64,000 nt of DNA, from the IMG/VR virus record IMGVR_UViG_3300020582_000005. One strand, 5' to 3'. This DNA is from a virus. Taxonomy: Duplodnaviria > Heunggongvirae > Uroviricota > Caudoviricetes. Numbering within the stretch: position 1 is the first letter of the stretch; each line of letters starts with the position of its first letter. The notes beneath the pieces are model-generated. The model did not search any database. It had not been told where the DNA came from and saw nothing but the letters and a program-made list of their open reading frames with translations. Shown piece by piece: positions 55,982 through 64,000 of the stretch. The position numbers were made by a program, and so were the translations under genes.

Positions 55982-58120
55982 TTATATTTCTGTTGACGAA
56001 CCGACTCCTGTTGTAGTTGGTTCACCAGATATTTCTGGTTGTAAAGCATGTTCTGTAGCCGCTCTGACGACTTCATTTGAAGCCTTTCCTAACTGCTCTT
56101 GTTCCTGTAAAGCCTGCTCTTGCTGGAACTTCTGCTGTTGCTGCTCTTGCTGTGCTTGAGCTTGACGAGCTTGAACTCCGGCAGGAGAATTTGCATCTCG
56201 CTGCTTAGTTTCATCAGGAGACATAGGAATCAAGAATTCTTGACTGTACTTCCATCCAGCTGCTGCGGCGTACATTTTAAATATCTGAGGATAATTCCAC
56301 TTCACGCCTGCCTGAGTAAGCCCGTTATTAAATGCTGGTGCAGCAAAAAGTTGCATCAGAATAGGAAAAAATTGAGCCATCTCTTTCTTAGCGCCAAGAT
56401 GAGCACCGGCAAGTACTTCATACTCTAACTGAGCATTTCTGAAATCGATATGATCGACACTCTTTATGGCGTCTTTACCCATCTTCTCGCCAAGGATTCT
56501 GTTCAAGACAGAAGTAGGTAATAAATCATTGTTCAATTCATCCATTGTCTGAAGCCAAGGCTCAAAAACTTGACGAATGATTCGACCGATAGGATTATCT
56601 AATCTCGATGCATTAGCCTGAATAACTCCAGCCGCACCGGTTCCTGATCGCATACCAGTTGACTTAATACCAGCCGAACTAGCGCCTTGAACAACTTGCT
56701 CATTGGCTCCAGACGAAGCCGCAGCCGCTGCTTGTGACTGCTGAATAGCCTGATAAGCTGCCGCAGGTGGCGACGGCATTTCTAGAATTCTAAATGCCTT
56801 ATCTACGTCGTCATCTACGTCGATAATACCGCCCTGCTTCCACCGAATGTTCTGCGTAGGAGTATTAAATCCCTTCTTACGAACAAACGGAGGCTGCAAG
56901 CAATACGAAATCAAATCCAACGAAAGGTTTGTCACACCCTGCTCAACCAATTGTTCTGAACCGATCAAGATACCCAACCCTTGACCATAAAAACAATCCG
57001 GAATGTTTCTCCAGTTTGCTGAGAAGAACGGAATTCGCCCATACGGATTAGCTTCATTTCGAATCAAGATGTTGTGACCATCAAAAGTCATAATCACAAT
57101 GACTCGTTCTTTATCCCATCGCTCAAGAATCTCAATTGGAGTTTCTTGTGGGTTTGCCGAAGTCTTATAGCTTCGAGGAAGAGCATGTTGCAAATAACCA
57201 TACATACCTTCCGGAATAGTCAACGTGATGTTATCTGGTCCGGAAGTAGGTTTAGAAAAATACAGCCCTCTCAAAACATCTTCATCAGGAATGTTATAAC
57301 CAGGAACATTTCGCAGACGATCTAAATCCGAAAACGTGGCGTAATCTCGATAGATAACCCACTTTGCTTTTCGAATATCACCAACACGAGTGCCGGGATC
57401 GACTAGGACAGTTCGAATATCGCAAAATTTAATCCAAGGTCGAGAATGAAGAACTTCAACTACTTCACTGACAAACTCATCCGATTCGGCAGTATGAATA
57501 GGCTCAATTTCTTGAGTCGCACCAACGAATGTTCCTGTTTTCTTCTTTCGGCTATATGTCTTTCTCTTTTCTTTATATTCGGAATATCCCCACTTCATTA
57601 TCCCTGTTCCGAACAAAGCCATATGTTCCGCAAACAACTCAACTTCTTCTTCAAAATGCATTAAGTCTAATTGAGTAGTGAAAAGAGCTTTCTTCGCTTC
57701 GACTACAGTCTGTGTTGTTCCAGGTCGAGGACGTAGTTCAAACGGTGGTTTCTCATAAAAGATTCCGCCCATCACCTTAGGGATGATAGAACTAATATGA
57801 TTCGAAACCATAAACTTCGGAACGTTAGCCTGAGCTACGTTACCACCATCAAAAGCGGTACTAGCTGCTGGCGATTGATACAACGTATCCGCCAAAGTCC
57901 AACCTGAAGGCCACTGATTTATATTGATGTAATTATCAGCTGAAGCACAATCATCCAATACCAACTTAACAGCTGCTTGCGCCTGTAGCATAAGGATGTT
58001 AGTTTCAACATCCACACTAGTATTATCTTTAGTTATTTCTCCCGCAGGCTCTACATATAGTTTTGAAATCTCTTCTGGTGCCGGTTGAGAACTACCGGGG
58101 ACTGCTCCGATTCCTGCCAT
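55982..58120 (-). CDS. putative portal protein
   Basis: About 712 aa, directly downstream of TerL. The start is placed at the ATG at 58120 (GGATGGAAATAATATG), 14 nt after the TerL stop. The ORF-track start at 58246 overlaps TerL. It has a Q/E-rich C-terminus. The call rests on position and size. Confidence 0.5.
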   Translation of the reverse strand: MAGIGAVPGSSQPAPEEISKLYVEPAGEITKDNTSVDVETNILMLQAQAAVKLVLDDCASADNYININQWPSGWTLADTLYQSPAASTAFDGGNVAQANVPKFMVSNHISSIIPKVMGGIFYEKPPFELRPRPGTTQTVVEAKKALFTTQLDLMHFEEEVELFAEHMALFGTGIMKWGYSEYKEKRKTYSRKKKTGTFVGATQEIEPIHTAESDEFVSEVVEVLHSRPWIKFCDIRTVLVDPGTRVGDIRKAKWVIYRDYATFSDLDRLRNVPGYNIPDEDVLRGLYFSKPTSGPDNITLTIPEGMYGYLQHALPRSYKTSANPQETPIEILERWDKERVIVIMTFDGHNILIRNEANPYGRIPFFSANWRNIPDCFYGQGLGILIGSEQLVEQGVTNLSLDLISYCLQPPFVRKKGFNTPTQNIRWKQGGIIDVDDDVDKAFRILEMPSPPAAAYQAIQQSQAAAAASSGANEQVVQGASSAGIKSTGMRSGTGAAGVIQANASRLDNPIGRIIRQVFEPWLQTMDELNNDLLPTSVLNRILGEKMGKDAIKSVDHIDFRNAQLEYEVLAGAHLGAKKEMAQFFPILMQLFAAPAFNNGLTQAGVKWNYPQIFKMYAAAAGWKYSQEFLIPMSPDETKQRDANSPAGVQARQAQAQQEQQQQKFQQEQALQEQEQLGKASNEVVRAATEHALQPEISGEPTTTGVGSSTEI

Positions 58121-58133
58121 ATTATTTCCATCC

Positions 58134-60266
58134 TTAAACGTGCATTCCATTACCACCGAAGATTTTATTTCGAGGGTCATTTGAAGGTCGCACATCTTCT
58201 GGTGCTGACGGTGCCTGCGTAGGCGTAGGATCACCCCATCCACCAAAAATTCTTTTGTGAAATTCAGCTTGCGCCATTGCGATTCGCTGAGTTTCTTTTG
58301 TTTTTTCTTGAGCCTTTATATCTTCCACTGAGGGAATATACGTTGGCAGAAAGAAATACAACATCGACATGGCGTCAGGAATATCATCCTTTCGACCACG
58401 ATTTCTTCGCTCACCCGTGTAACGAGTTAACTGAGTAAATGCCTCATCATTCCATGCACCGAAACAGAACCAAAGCAAATCATTCGTAAGCAATATTTCC
58501 AACTGCTTAATGCGATTTCTTTTGGCATCAGGCTCGACAGAAGGTGTTCTCCACCAAATTCTGGGCATAACATCCAAACGCTTATACCAACGATCTAACT
58601 CTATTTGAAGCAGTTCAGAGCTTGGAGTTTTCTCAATCAATGTTTGTCGTGGATTCCAATCCCGATCCATCTTGACAATCTGCTGAGCTAACTCAGAAGG
58701 TGTCCAACGACCGAAACGAACATCTAAAATTGCTAATCCCCATCGCCCATCTTTTTGATAACGTCGAGCAGCTACACCAACTGAGTAGTCTGAATTCTTA
58801 TTATGTGTCAGTGCCCAATCCCAAGCTATAAAAAGATCACCATCTTGAGGAGCCATTGTCATAGGATACAAATGCTTACGCAATGCATCCTCAGTGAACG
58901 TTACTCTGAAAGAATCTTCGGCTTCCAAAGCGGGTTCATTCAATTGCTGACAACGAAACAACTTCTCATTATCTAGAAGCTTTCCACGAAGAACTTGAAA
59001 AGCATTCTTAGACAACTCAGGAAAAGCTAAAACAACCATATCTTCCGTAAGTTGCTTCAAAGGTAAATCTTCAAACCCTGGTTTAACTATCCAACACGCA
59101 CGACAAAAATACTTTAACGGCTTATCATCTCGAATAGCTATACGAGAACCATACCAATCGTCCGGAAAATATCTCGTACCAATACTGTCTGTAAACCCAT
59201 GCCCATCAACTAGGTTGGAACTGTTATCTATCTGATCTTTCAACGATTCTCTGGTTTGCGTAGTTAAACAATTTTTATCGTTAACAGCATCATCATTCTT
59301 TTTAATATCGCAATGCCAACCCGACAAACCAGAATCAATCGAGTTAACCCATAAAGTAGGTTCTACTTGACTGTGTTTTCTACATCGCAAAAGAATAGGA
59401 GTATTGGCTCTACCAGCGGCTTTCCGCAAAACATACTCAGGAAATAACAGTTGAAAATCTGTCGGTGTTCCCTGCTCCGCTAAATAAAGATAACCCTTAA
59501 TCGCCTTCATGAAAGCAAAAGCTAATTTCTTTTCAGCCGTCATGATCAAGATACGAACATCCGGAACGTTTAGCATCCATTGAATACAATCCACTCTATT
59601 CAACGTAGACTTAAAATGTCCTCTAGAATCCAGAATCAGGGACTCTTTTGTAAGACATCCGTGTTCATCAAATCGCTCTTGACGATCAATAGCCTTATGA
59701 ACATCGCCGATGGTATAACCTTTATAATACACACCATCGAAATTTTTCTGAACGTACGTATCGGCTATTTCTTGATGAACTCGGCGTACAAAATCGTGAC
59801 GTAGAATATCGATACCTAGAAATAGTAAATCCTTTCTAGCTTTATCTCTAAGATCAAGCCACTCTCTAAAATTACGATAAGCTCCGAGAATCTTTGAATC
59901 CAACGGCTTTGGAGTATTAGACTTCTTAGTCTTAGAACCTTTTGGACGACCACGAGGTCGTTTTACATCATCCTCTTCTTCCTCTTCTTCTGAAGCTAAC
60001 CACTCGTCTCGACCAACATAAAGCTGACCTAACTGTGCCCAACTCAAACTCTCCGACCGTCTATCAACCTTACCAAGACTTCCTACATCAGCTAAAGGAA
60101 GTTCCGCCTCATCGAAGGGTGCTAATGTTTCACGAATAAACTGATTCTCTACTGTGACAAACTGTGCAGGAGCACTTTCTCTTACTGAAAGATCAAAGCC
60201 TAATCGTAACGCACGCTCTTTACTATACTTTCTCTCTTCTCGTGTTTCTTCTGTAGTATTACCCAT
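58134..60266 (-). CDS. terL: terminase large subunit with N-terminal basic/acidic extension
   Basis: DSRGHFKST is a T4-type deviant Walker A (gp17 SRQLGKT). The C-terminal DGDLFIAWDWALT...D is the RNaseH-like nuclease motif. The N-terminal 150 aa carry an E/D run and RPRGRPKGSKTKK. Confidence 0.75.
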   Translation of the reverse strand: MGNTTEETREERKYSKERALRLGFDLSVRESAPAQFVTVENQFIRETLAPFDEAELPLADVGSLGKVDRRSESLSWAQLGQLYVGRDEWLASEEEEEEDDVKRPRGRPKGSKTKKSNTPKPLDSKILGAYRNFREWLDLRDKARKDLLFLGIDILRHDFVRRVHQEIADTYVQKNFDGVYYKGYTIGDVHKAIDRQERFDEHGCLTKESLILDSRGHFKSTLNRVDCIQWMLNVPDVRILIMTAEKKLAFAFMKAIKGYLYLAEQGTPTDFQLLFPEYVLRKAAGRANTPILLRCRKHSQVEPTLWVNSIDSGLSGWHCDIKKNDDAVNDKNCLTTQTRESLKDQIDNSSNLVDGHGFTDSIGTRYFPDDWYGSRIAIRDDKPLKYFCRACWIVKPGFEDLPLKQLTEDMVVLAFPELSKNAFQVLRGKLLDNEKLFRCQQLNEPALEAEDSFRVTFTEDALRKHLYPMTMAPQDGDLFIAWDWALTHNKNSDYSVGVAARRYQKDGRWGLAILDVRFGRWTPSELAQQIVKMDRDWNPRQTLIEKTPSSELLQIELDRWYKRLDVMPRIWWRTPSVEPDAKRNRIKQLEILLTNDLLWFCFGAWNDEAFTQLTRYTGERRNRGRKDDIPDAMSMLYFFLPTYIPSVEDIKAQEKTKETQRIAMAQAEFHKRIFGGWGDPTPTQAPSAPEDVRPSNDPRNKIFGGNGMHV

Positions 60267-60279
60267 TGATCCCTCGACA

Positions 60280-60483
60280 TTAAGCCGATGGTATCAATGA
60301 TCCTGTCGGCTTTAAACTTGGCTTCTTAGCAGCTTCGCCCCATCTTTTTATTAAGGAGTACGGAGCTTGTGAATACTCATTAGCGATTATATCTGGATTT
60401 GAAACTGAGTCTCTTTGTAAAGTCTTATCAAAAGTTTCAGCTGTTTCCAGAGGATTCTTTCCAAGACCACTCATATCTGGCAT
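60280..60483 (-). CDS. hypothetical protein
   Basis: 67 aa. Confidence 0.35.
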   Translation of the reverse strand: MPDMSGLGKNPLETAETFDKTLQRDSVSNPDIIANEYSQAPYSLIKRWGEAAKKPSLKPTGSLIPSA

Positions 60484-60484
60484 G

Positions 60485-60697
60485 TTACTGCCCCTCTGCT
60501 ACCTTTCTTTGCTGAGCATTCCACTCTAGTGATTTCTCTTCGTCAGACTTAGGCTTTGCTGCCTTTGGAGCCGCCATCTTATAAGATGCACCAGAATACT
60601 CGTTGCTTAGTTCATGGGGCAACGGCACAGGAGAAGTCTTTCCAGGTCTACTGGAGACTTCCGACGTTCTTTTTACATCTTCAAAAATATCTGGCAT
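60485..60697 (-). CDS. hypothetical protein
   Basis: 70 aa. Confidence 0.35.
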   Translation of the reverse strand: MPDIFEDVKRTSEVSSRPGKTSPVPLPHELSNEYSGASYKMAAPKAAKPKSDEEKSLEWNAQQRKVAEGQ

Positions 60698-61326
60698 TAG
60701 CTCACCATATCTTCCGAATGTTTAATCTCTTTCGTTAAAGCAATAGCTTTATATCCAGATGGGTCTTGATCATCTTTATAAACGCCTACAACTCCACCCG
60801 GCGCTACTTTTACTTTATTATGATCACCATGAAGTAATTGAGACAACTCGTGGACGATTGAACTATGAACAACTGAAATAGAAGGATATTTACTAGCTTC
60901 ACCCTTGTGAATAGCCATCATAATCTTAGGATCGGTTCTCTTTCTAAAATCATTCAGCCGTTCACCCCGAGGAATTTTCTCATCAGGATTATCTTGATAA
61001 TATCGAATCGTCGCTAAATTCTCTTTATCTTTTGGCTTACCTGATAGCTCACCGACATTAAAAGCATCGAAATCCTTAACCATCTTAGGCTTTATCTTAG
61101 ACTTCGATTTTTCCAAAATCGGTTCTATAGTTTGCAGCGTTCGCTTTTTACTACTATGATAAGCTGCGCTAAACTTTCGACTCTTGAAAAAATTACCTAA
61201 CTCTTCAGCCTGTTCTTTTCCTTTATCATCCAACGATACATCAACAGGGCCACGAAACTTCCCCGCATCATTTAATTCGGTACTACCGTGCCGAACAAAA
61301 TATGCTACGGGTTTCAACATATTCAT
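60697..61326 (-). CDS. histidine phosphatase superfamily (PGAM-like) protein
   Basis: AYFVRHGSTELN contains the RHG catalytic motif. Confidence 0.7.
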   Translation of the reverse strand: MNMLKPVAYFVRHGSTELNDAGKFRGPVDVSLDDKGKEQAEELGNFFKSRKFSAAYHSSKKRTLQTIEPILEKSKSKIKPKMVKDFDAFNVGELSGKPKDKENLATIRYYQDNPDEKIPRGERLNDFRKRTDPKIMMAIHKGEASKYPSISVVHSSIVHELSQLLHGDHNKVKVAPGGVVGVYKDDQDPSGYKAIALTKEIKHSEDMVS

Positions 61327-62273
61327 GCTTTCCCTACAAGTTCTATGTCTACTCCATATCCCTTCGAAGTAATAAGACGATATATGCCATCCATTTTTTC
61401 GATATAAACACGCTTCTTATAATAGATATCGGCCAATTCGAACCCTAAAACCTGAACTTGAAACTTGTATCCAGCTTGAACAAACGTTGGATTAGGACCG
61501 TGAACTTTCAACTTAAACGAATGTTCTTTACCAAATAGTTGTTTAAAATCGGTATCTGAAATAGACGGCTTAACAACTTCAACAGAGACAAGAGCATTCA
61601 AAAATGCTTGAAAATTATCTATAGACTCAACACCTAAGCCGACAGTTATTTGTGCTTCATCCTCATTACTAAATTGCATTGTGACGATTCCTACAATCTT
61701 ATGTGTAGTCAGTGATATAAGAGCCGAACCTGAAGAACCTTCACTACCAAAAATTTGAGCTATGAAATAACCCGGCACTAGAATTCCTTCAGAGGTCAAA
61801 TTAGCTGAAGATACTTTTCCTACGCTAAGTTGTTTAGCAGCAGATAAAGCGAAATTCACATCTATAACATCATCTCCAATAGAAACCCCACCTAGAGTTC
61901 CCAAAGGAATAACTGGATAAACCTTATCGGTCTTTAATTCAAATACGGCGAAATCGAATTTTTTATCGAATACCGATTTAACAACAGTCACGGGTGTAAA
62001 ATCTTCATCCACATCATCAGCTACTGCATAAGTATAGCCCGTAGACTTACCGACACAATGACCTGCTCCGATCAAATGATAACCACCAGGAATAATTTCA
62101 TACGCTGTCACTGTACAAAAATCTTGAACGTGATCTTTATAAATTCCTTCTAACAGCATTGTTGCCTTAAACACATCACCATTGAAACCTTTCGGTGATT
62201 GAATAACTGATCCTCCTGCCGCAAGAGGAAGCGAGAGAATTAAAACCAAAGCTAACGTGGCTAATTTTTTCAC
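61323..62273 (-). CDS. secreted trypsin-like (S1/S1B, HtrA or V8-like) serine protease
   Basis: Signal peptide MKKLATLALVLILSLPLAAGG, a His box HLIGAGHCVG and a Ser box GSEGSSGSALIS. Confidence 0.7.
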   Translation of the reverse strand: MKKLATLALVLILSLPLAAGGSVIQSPKGFNGDVFKATMLLEGIYKDHVQDFCTVTAYEIIPGGYHLIGAGHCVGKSTGYTYAVADDVDEDFTPVTVVKSVFDKKFDFAVFELKTDKVYPVIPLGTLGGVSIGDDVIDVNFALSAAKQLSVGKVSSANLTSEGILVPGYFIAQIFGSEGSSGSALISLTTHKIVGIVTMQFSNEDEAQITVGLGVESIDNFQAFLNALVSVEVVKPSISDTDFKQLFGKEHSFKLKVHGPNPTFVQAGYKFQVQVLGFELADIYYKKRVYIEKMDGIYRLITSKGYGVDIELVGKA

Positions 62274-62332
62274 ACTAATACCCTAACAGAGCATAGTTTA
62301 AAGCCGCCCTCTTACAAGGTCCTCTGCTCGGC

Positions 62333-62527
62333 TTACTGTTGATCGTCGTCTTTTCTAGCGGGTGAAAAAGCGTGGCTAGCGACACCGCCGACTACTACGC
62401 TGGTAAAAGCTACGAAAGTGGGGTCCATGTGATGGAACCACTGAAGAACTGCCCCCACCCCAAAAATACTACCTATCATCGGAAGGTGATAATCTTTAAC
62501 ATTAGTTAAAATTTTATCCCAATTCAT
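62333..62527 (-). CDS. small membrane protein
   Basis: 64 aa with two hydrophobic segments. Confidence 0.35.
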   Translation of the reverse strand: MNWDKILTNVKDYHLPMIGSIFGVGAVLQWFHHMDPTFVAFTSVVVGGVASHAFSPARKDDDQQ

Positions 62528-62721
62528 TAGTGTTTAAACCCCGACATCGTTTGCGCAAAGTTTGCCATCTTTTGAACATGGGCGTTCTTGCTGTGAGTAG
62601 CGGCTTCGACCTTAGACTTAGGAATCGTTTCTCCCTCAGGAACACCTAGCGCCCGATGCAAACCACCTTTTCGAAGTTTATGCAGCGCTCTATAAAGAGA
62701 GGGATTTTTAGCTCTTGCCAT
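62527..62721 (-). CDS. hypothetical basic protein
   Basis: 64 aa. Confidence 0.35.
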   Translation of the reverse strand: MARAKNPSLYRALHKLRKGGLHRALGVPEGETIPKSKVEAATHSKNAHVQKMANFAQTMSGFKH

Positions 62722-62722
62722 A

Positions 62723-62971
62723 TTACACTCCCTTCATAGGAATACCAGCCTTAACTGCTTCGGCGGCATCTACACCGTGATCTCCAGCTTCAGCTGCGCC
62801 TTCCTGTTCATCTGGCTCAGATGTGTGCTCCATAAGGCCGTCCATCATTCCGTCATGATCAGCACGAGCGTAATCCTTGTGCTTACCCTCTTCATGCTCG
62901 TGATGAATCGAATGCGAACCATCGGCGTGATGAGTAATGTGAGTGTGAGAATATTTATGAGTCTTAGCCAT
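62723..62971 (-). CDS. histidine-rich acidic small protein (possible metal binding)
   Basis: 82 aa containing 16 His, for example HTHITHHADGSHSIHHEHEEGKH. Confidence 0.4.
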   Translation of the reverse strand: MAKTHKYSHTHITHHADGSHSIHHEHEEGKHKDYARADHDGMMDGLMEHTSEPDEQEGAAEAGDHGVDAAEAVKAGIPMKGV

Positions 62972-62982
62972 GATAATCTCCG

Positions 62983-63396
62983 TTACTTGGCATTATGCCG
63001 ATTATTAAATTGTTCCGGAACTGCGTGTTCGCCTTTCTCATCATGACCACTGTCGACGCCTTCCTGCCACATAGCCAATCCATTTGCTCTGGCACTTGCG
63101 TTAGGCTTATGATATGGTCTGTGACCTGTTTCTTGATTAGTAGGCATTCTGTCATGAGCGCCATTGGCAGCATGACCGCCTGTAACTCCACGCTTCCAAT
63201 TATCTAAAGCGGCTGCTCTTGTGCCCATTTGATGCTTTGCATCTTTAACAGGTACACCAGTGTTCATACCACTCTGACCTTCACCTTGACGAATGTCGGC
63301 CTCGTGATCACAAACCTCGCCTGTACCCGGAGTAGCCATAGCTACACCGATCTTATTTCCTCTTTTCGGACTGTGGTCCTTTGCATAATCTGACAT
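62983..63396 (-). CDS. hypothetical G/H/K-rich protein
   Basis: Start at the ATG at 63396 after AGGAGAAATAAT, which removes the overlap with the upstream gene. Confidence 0.4.
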   Translation of the reverse strand: MSDYAKDHSPKRGNKIGVAMATPGTGEVCDHEADIRQGEGQSGMNTGVPVKDAKHQMGTRAAALDNWKRGVTGGHAANGAHDRMPTNQETGHRPYHKPNASARANGLAMWQEGVDSGHDEKGEHAVPEQFNNRHNAK

Positions 63397-63397
63397 A

Positions 63398-63715
63398 TTA
63401 TTTCTCCTGATCTTTTTTCTTGAAGGCTTCGACAAACTCGCAACATCCTTTTTCGATGTTAACGATAGGCAAACCCTTCGAATCTTTTTTAACTTGTGGA
63501 TCAGCTAACATAACAGACTGAAGACAGCGACCACGACCATCTTCATCCTTAAAAATCTTATCTTGCTTAATACCTTTGAGGTATTCACACATACCACAAT
63601 AATAAGGACCGTTTTCAGCATATCCTGCTAAATCCGTACTCTTAGGCCAAATTGGACCTACGTCAGAGATAAACTTTTTTAACTTACCGATTATTTTAAG
63701 CCAGGACTTAGCCAT
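63398..63715 (-). CDS. hypothetical Cys-containing protein
   Basis: The start is placed at MAKSWLK to limit overlap with the upstream gene. Contains CGMCEY...CC. Confidence 0.35.
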   Translation of the reverse strand: MAKSWLKIIGKLKKFISDVGPIWPKSTDLAGYAENGPYYCGMCEYLKGIKQDKIFKDEDGRGRCLQSVMLADPQVKKDSKGLPIVNIEKGCCEFVEAFKKKDQEK

Positions 63716-63917
63716 TTTTCCGTGCCTTATGTGCCACCTTATAAGATGGCAAATGCTTCTCAGAAGTCGAAGCGAAATCATGAAGCTGCTCATGGCTCAT
63801 TTTCTTCAAACCTTTATTACGAGCATATAACTTTTCCGGATGATGTTCAGCGATTGCCATAGCTGTCCGTTGAGCTACTGAAACTGCTGGCATGTTATGC
63901 TCCGTGTCGACGACCAA
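63708..63917 (-). CDS. hypothetical protein
   Basis: 69 aa. A further minus-strand ORF continues beyond the window end. Confidence 0.35.
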   Translation of the reverse strand: MVVDTEHNMPAVSVAQRTAMAIAEHHPEKLYARNKGLKKMSHEQLHDFASTSEKHLPSYKVAHKARKNG

Positions 63918-64000
63918 GTAACATCAATAAGCCCTGAACGGCGTAAGTAACTAAAAACTTGCCATTCTCCCAATTCTTTGCTGTCTTAGCATCGTCTTTA

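Noticed and set aside
58134-58246. Portal start at 58246 overlapping TerL by 112 nt
   Set aside because: An internal ATG at 58120 with an upstream GGATGGA lies 14 nt after the TerL stop and avoids the overlap.
1-64000. CRISPR arrays, tRNA or rRNA genes
   Set aside because: No regularly spaced direct repeats and no cloverleaf-compatible 70-90-nt noncoding segments were found. Intergenic gaps are mostly under 150 nt.

Overview
The window reads as a contiguous piece of a large tailed-phage (Caudoviricetes) genome, roughly 45% GC and tightly packed, with two convergent transcription blocks. Plus-strand genes run from 1 to about 34,404 and minus-strand genes from 34,438 to the window end. They meet at a palindromic hairpin at 34,411-34,432.

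Plus-strand (early/accessory) block:
- A UvrD-like helicase 3' fragment followed by a PD-(D/E)XK nuclease (1-2187).
- A glycosylation island (4,332-16,337) carrying a GDP-6-deoxyhexose pathway: GDP-mannose 4,6-dehydratase, an Fcl/ColC-like reductase, an RmlC-like cupin, and a DegT-family enzyme whose catalytic Lys appears replaced by His (ColD-like). The island also holds an FkbM-type methyltransferase, eight glycosyltransferases (two GT2, one GT11, one GT10, four paralogous Fringe-like) and a DHH phosphoesterase.
- An HNH gene split by an in-frame TAA (7922-8374).
- A SprT-like peptidase next to a NADAR gene.
- A P-loop kinase and a metallophosphoesterase.
- A GH108 endolysin and an SLT transglycosylase.
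- An NAD+ salvage pair (NMNAT-Nudix and NAMPT).
- An Endo VII-like HNH, a MazG-like protein, a tyrosine integrase and an SPFH protein.
- Three copies of a highly conserved TTGACA-17-TATTCT promoter.

Minus-strand (late/structural) block, in transcription order:
- Small proteins, a histidine phosphatase and a secreted trypsin-like protease.
- TerL, a putative portal, a putative scaffold and a putative major capsid protein.
- An Endo VII-like HNH.
- A free-standing GIY-YIG homing-endonuclease cassette with its own promoter and terminator.
- An Ig-like protein.
- Very large S/T/G-rich tail proteins.
- A 1045-aa HExxH-containing virion protein.

No rRNA, tRNA or CRISPR array was recognised.
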